64,000 nucleotides of DNA. Source: Euryarchaeota archaeon TMED192. Lineage in GTDB: Archaea > Thermoplasmatota > Poseidoniia > Poseidoniales > Thalassarchaeaceae. Every line of letters starts with the position of its first letter. Within the stretch, counting starts at the first letter, position 1. Under the pieces are notes generated by a model, which made no database searches, was not told the origin of the DNA, and was given only the letters and a program-made list of their open reading frames with translations. The stretch lies in NCBI GenBank assembly GCA_002170775.2, contig NHIP02000014.1:44462-108461 (forward strand). The letters run 5' to 3'. The position numbers were made by a program, and so were the translations under genes. Positions 60,924 through 64,000 of the stretch are shown in pieces.

Positions 60924-61880
60924 ATGGATTTGTGGCTAGACATAACTACCTTCGAATCCGAGGAGGAATTCAATCAAGAATTCCAAGATCAGTTCAGCAG
61001 ACTTTGGAATGGCTCTTCAAGTGACGTGGCAGTCGTTCAACTCGATGATTTTAGGGGTCAAGAGGATGCAAAGTCATTGATCGGCATGGTTGAATGGATA
61101 CTCGTTCGATGTTCTGACTGGACGATGATACCATTGGAAAACATCATCGCTGCAGCATCTGGGTCCGGAACTAGGGTTGCAGTTTCGATATCGAAGGAAA
61201 TCGAGCTCAACGGCGCAGCCTTTGCCTTGCAACACGGGGTCGATGCAATAGTGGTGCCTTTTGAACCAGGGATTATCAGTGCTGCGAAGAAAATTGCCGA
61301 AGAGAAACCATCGAAATATGCAGAATCAACCTACGCAGAAGCACGCCTCTCATTTGCAAATGTGGAATCAATACAATCTGGTGGAGTCGGAGAACGAGTC
61401 TGCGTAGATCTGACAGAAAGACTCGATTCAGGGGAAGGCATGTTGATTGGATCATCGGCCAATGCAATGGCCATTATACATGGGGAGACCATTCCCTCCG
61501 AGTATGTTCCAACACGCCCGTTTAGGGTAAATGCTGGTGCAGTACACGCATATTGCTTGATGGCTGACGGCTCCACAAAATATCTCAGTGAGCTTGAAGC
61601 AGGACATGAGGTGGCTGTAGTAAATTCGGAAGGGAAACTACGCCCAGCTACAATAGGCCGTCTAAAAATCGAGAGAAGACCATTCCTGATCATTCATTTT
61701 TCATTAGGACACGATGTCGGACAGATACTTGTCCAGCAGGCGGAGACAGTTCGCCTGGTCATACCAGGGGGGCATGTAAGCGTAACATCACTAAAGGCGG
61801 GTGACAAGATACTCGTTCGAGGCGATTCAGGCATGCGCCATGTGGGTCTTGAGTTGGCAGGGGAGATGAATGAAAGATGA
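60924..61880 (+). CDS. aroB': 3-dehydroquinate synthase II (archaeal type)
   Basis: GERVCVDLTERLDSGEGMLIGSSANAMAIIHGET..YVPTRPFRVNAGAVHAY...TKYLSELEAGHEV...IGRLKIERRPFLII matches the PF01959 core almost block for block. The start is moved to ATG 60924. The longest ORF overlaps the upstream gene by 77 nt. Confidence 0.8.
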   Translation: MDLWLDITTFESEEEFNQEFQDQFSRLWNGSSSDVAVVQLDDFRGQEDAKSLIGMVEWILVRCSDWTMIPLENIIAAASGSGTRVAVSISKEIELNGAAFALQHGVDAIVVPFEPGIISAAKKIAEEKPSKYAESTYAEARLSFANVESIQSGGVGERVCVDLTERLDSGEGMLIGSSANAMAIIHGETIPSEYVPTRPFRVNAGAVHAYCLMADGSTKYLSELEAGHEVAVVNSEGKLRPATIGRLKIERRPFLIIHFSLGHDVGQILVQQAETVRLVIPGGHVSVTSLKAGDKILVRGDSGMRHVGLELAGEMNER

Positions 61881-62734
61881 ATTCTGAAACTTCAACACGC
61901 GCCTATGGGGGCATTAGCATCCTGCACGCAGCCGGTTGCGGTTGGGGCTGTACAATTCCACTGGAATTAACCTGCGAGGCCTTTGTATCCGACTCATGGC
62001 CCAATATCGATCAAGATCCATACATGTTGTTGGCACAATTGCGCCCCTCCCTGATGGAAGTGATTGGGCTTGATGTTGGAAAATCCTTCTTTTTCGAAAT
62101 AAGGAGCAAAATACCTCCCTCCATGGGGTTAAAGTCTTCATCAGCAGCCTCAGTTAGCTCAGTCAGATTCGCGGCGACAATGCACGGCATATCTCTTTCA
62201 GACTCGGAGACCATCCAAGTCGCAACTCAGATGCAACTTCGTGCAGGATGTTCGATGACTGGGTCATTCGACGATACATGGTCAGCATTAGGCAAGATGG
62301 CGGCGGTTATCCGCACTGATACTTCAAATCCGTCTGAGCCAGTAGCCTTGGTTGATATTGAATCGAGTATGTGCACAATATTGCTCAGGGGGATAAGGAA
62401 ATCAACTCCTGAAAAGTCAGATTTCCATCTAAATACGTCAAAATTCAAGACGGCTAGAGACCATTTGATGTCTGGAGATGTCCGAAGGGCAATGAGGGAA
62501 AATGCAGATGCAGTAGCGTTGTCAACGGGCGATGAACTAGCATCTGAGATTATTGATAGGCTGTTTTCTTTGGATTACACTGCAAATATATCGGGTTCTG
62601 GGCCTGCTATAGCCGTGTTACATGAACAAGATCAGGCAGACCATCTTTCTGAGGTTCTAGGCGCATACGGACCAACAATCACTACGAAGATTCTTCATGA
62701 CCCCCACCAAATGGAGGGAATACAATGGGCATGA
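61877..62734 (+). CDS. aroK: shikimate kinase, archaeal GHMP-kinase type
   Basis: GHMP motif IPPSMGLKSSSAASVS. At 285 aa with an ATGA overlap upstream, its position between aroB' and aroC fits. Confidence 0.75.
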   Translation: MNSETSTRAYGGISILHAAGCGWGCTIPLELTCEAFVSDSWPNIDQDPYMLLAQLRPSLMEVIGLDVGKSFFFEIRSKIPPSMGLKSSSAASVSSVRFAATMHGISLSDSETIQVATQMQLRAGCSMTGSFDDTWSALGKMAAVIRTDTSNPSEPVALVDIESSMCTILLRGIRKSTPEKSDFHLNTSKFKTARDHLMSGDVRRAMRENADAVALSTGDELASEIIDRLFSLDYTANISGSGPAIAVLHEQDQADHLSEVLGAYGPTITTKILHDPHQMEGIQWA

Positions 62735-63831
62735 GTCTTGGAGATAACATACGCGTAACCCTCTTCGGGGAGAGCCACGGCCCGTCCGTGGGGGCACTTC
62801 TTGAAGGAATACCCGCAGGAACCAAAATAGACAATGATGCTCTAGTAAGGGAGTTGGAACGTAGAAAGCCAGGAAGAAAGGGGATGAGTAGGCGCCTTGA
62901 GGCGGATCAATGCGAGATTCTTTCTGGGGTCTACGAAGGCCAAGCAACTGGGTGGCCGATATTAATCGTAGCAAGAAATAACGATGCCAAATCAAGTGAT
63001 TATGGCTTTCTTCCAGATCATCCACGTCCAGGCCATGCAGACATGGTTGAGATAGAACGTTCAGGAGGTGCTGCAGATCTTAGGGGGGGAGGATCGCAAT
63101 CTGCCCGTCTTACCCTTGGTTTAGTAGCAGCAGCCAGCCAAACTAGACAGCTGTTGTCCCAAAGAGGAATTCACGTGAGGGCGCATCTCTACTCAGTAGG
63201 CGATTCCCAATCACGTTCGTTGCTCGATCTGAATCAGACCGATGAAACCCAAAAAGAGTCTATGCAACGACTCAATTGTCTTGACTCGGAGGCCGCAGAT
63301 TTATTTTCAAGCGTGATAGAGAGATCTAGGAAGGAACTCGATTCATTGGGTTCAAGCGTCGAATGCATAGTGAGCGGACTCCCAATTGGAATGGGGGAGC
63401 CTTGGTTCGATGGCATCGAACCTGCGCTTGCACGCGCTATGATGGCAATACCCGGGGCACGCGCAGTGGAATTCGGCAGAGGCATACATGCTTCCAAAAT
63501 GAAGGGTTCAGAGCACAACGATTCATGGACTCTTCAAGATGATCGCCCAACACCTGAGCCATCTGCTGGCCACTCTCCGGACGGGGCTCTTGGAGGCCGG
63601 TCAACAGGAGCGCCACTTCGCATAGTCGTACACTTCAAACCTCCCAGCAGCATCCCCCGCCCTCAATCTACTCTTCATCTCCCTAGTGGGGAACAACGAC
63701 CGTTGAAGGTGACAGGGAGACATGATCCAGTAATCGGCCCACGAGCTGTCCCGGTGACTGAGGCCGCTGCAATACTCGTAATTGCTGATCTTTTGACCTT
63801 GTCAGGGCAGTTTGAAGATAACTCAGCGTGA
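62725..63831 (+). CDS. aroC: chorismate synthase
   Basis: LFGESHGPSVGALLEGIPAG, RPGHAD, GGGSQSAR (GGGRSSARET-type) and TGRHDPVIGPRAVPV. Confidence 0.95.
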   Translation: MGMSLGDNIRVTLFGESHGPSVGALLEGIPAGTKIDNDALVRELERRKPGRKGMSRRLEADQCEILSGVYEGQATGWPILIVARNNDAKSSDYGFLPDHPRPGHADMVEIERSGGAADLRGGGSQSARLTLGLVAAASQTRQLLSQRGIHVRAHLYSVGDSQSRSLLDLNQTDETQKESMQRLNCLDSEAADLFSSVIERSRKELDSLGSSVECIVSGLPIGMGEPWFDGIEPALARAMMAIPGARAVEFGRGIHASKMKGSEHNDSWTLQDDRPTPEPSAGHSPDGALGGRSTGAPLRIVVHFKPPSSIPRPQSTLHLPSGEQRPLKVTGRHDPVIGPRAVPVTEAAAILVIADLLTLSGQFEDNSA

Positions 63832-64000
63832 CTATTCTGCACGGCCTTCCTGGAATTTCTGTATTCTCGCTGGAAGGTTGACGCTGAAGGATATTGCTAT
63901 TATGCCAAAAACCATTGCTGTTCCAAGCGCTACACCATACACGCTAGTCAACTCAACACTTTCACTGAGCCTGTTCGATGCGACTTCATCGAAGAACCCT
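63832..64000 (-). CDS. C-terminal end of a membrane protein (partial; N-terminus beyond window end)
   Basis: Not in the track. The minus-strand frame from 63999 reads GFFDEVASNRLSESVELTSVYGVALGTAMVFGIIAISFSVNLPARIQKFQEGRAE, then TAG (63834..63832), abutting the aroC stop. It contains one TM. Only 55 codons are visible. Confidence 0.35.
   Translation of the reverse strand, partial: GFFDEVASNRLSESVELTSVYGVALGTAMVFGIIAISFSVNLPARIQKFQEGRAE

Overview
This window reads as an ordinary chromosomal segment, a mix of core metabolism and cell-surface genes, from an archaeon. All family calls come from motif recognition by eye. No BLAST or HMM search was run.

Archaeal markers:
- three archaeal-type tRNAs, including a tRNA-Gln with an A1:U72 pair
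- the ADH-synthase / DHQ-synthase-II entry into the shikimate pathway, plus a GHMP-type shikimate kinase
- a Gar1-like protein
- a two-subunit 2-oxoacid:ferredoxin oxidoreductase

These sit beside bacterial-type gyrBA, gpsA and sufCBD, and five very large (about 450 to over 2100 aa) exported, membrane-anchored proteins. That mix fits a Marine Group II/III-like member of Thermoplasmatota best. This is inference only.

I call 47 protein-coding genes. Two are partial at the window edges and absent from the supplied ORF track. I also call 3 tRNAs (Ser-GCU, Gln-CUG, Leu-UAG), all with genomically encoded CCA, and three start-site signals. Several longest-ORF starts in the track are clearly too long, because they run over tRNAs or into upstream genes, so I moved them.

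Genes are tightly packed, with many ATGA or TGATG stop/start overlaps. I saw no rRNA, CRISPR array, transposase, integrase, prophage or recognisable defence gene.

I did not find a convincing self-contained novel multi-gene system. The most unusual items are:
- a Tmk-like protein with a non-canonical P-loop and a long extra C-terminal module, coupled to an exported glutaminyl cyclase
- a Gar1-like protein carrying a RanBP2-like zinc knuckle and an Arg-rich tail, whose 3' end is open in two frames
- a giant S8 protease with a cytoplasmic zinc-ribbon tail
- a Nudix-MBL fusion
- a bacterial-type gpsA in an archaeal background
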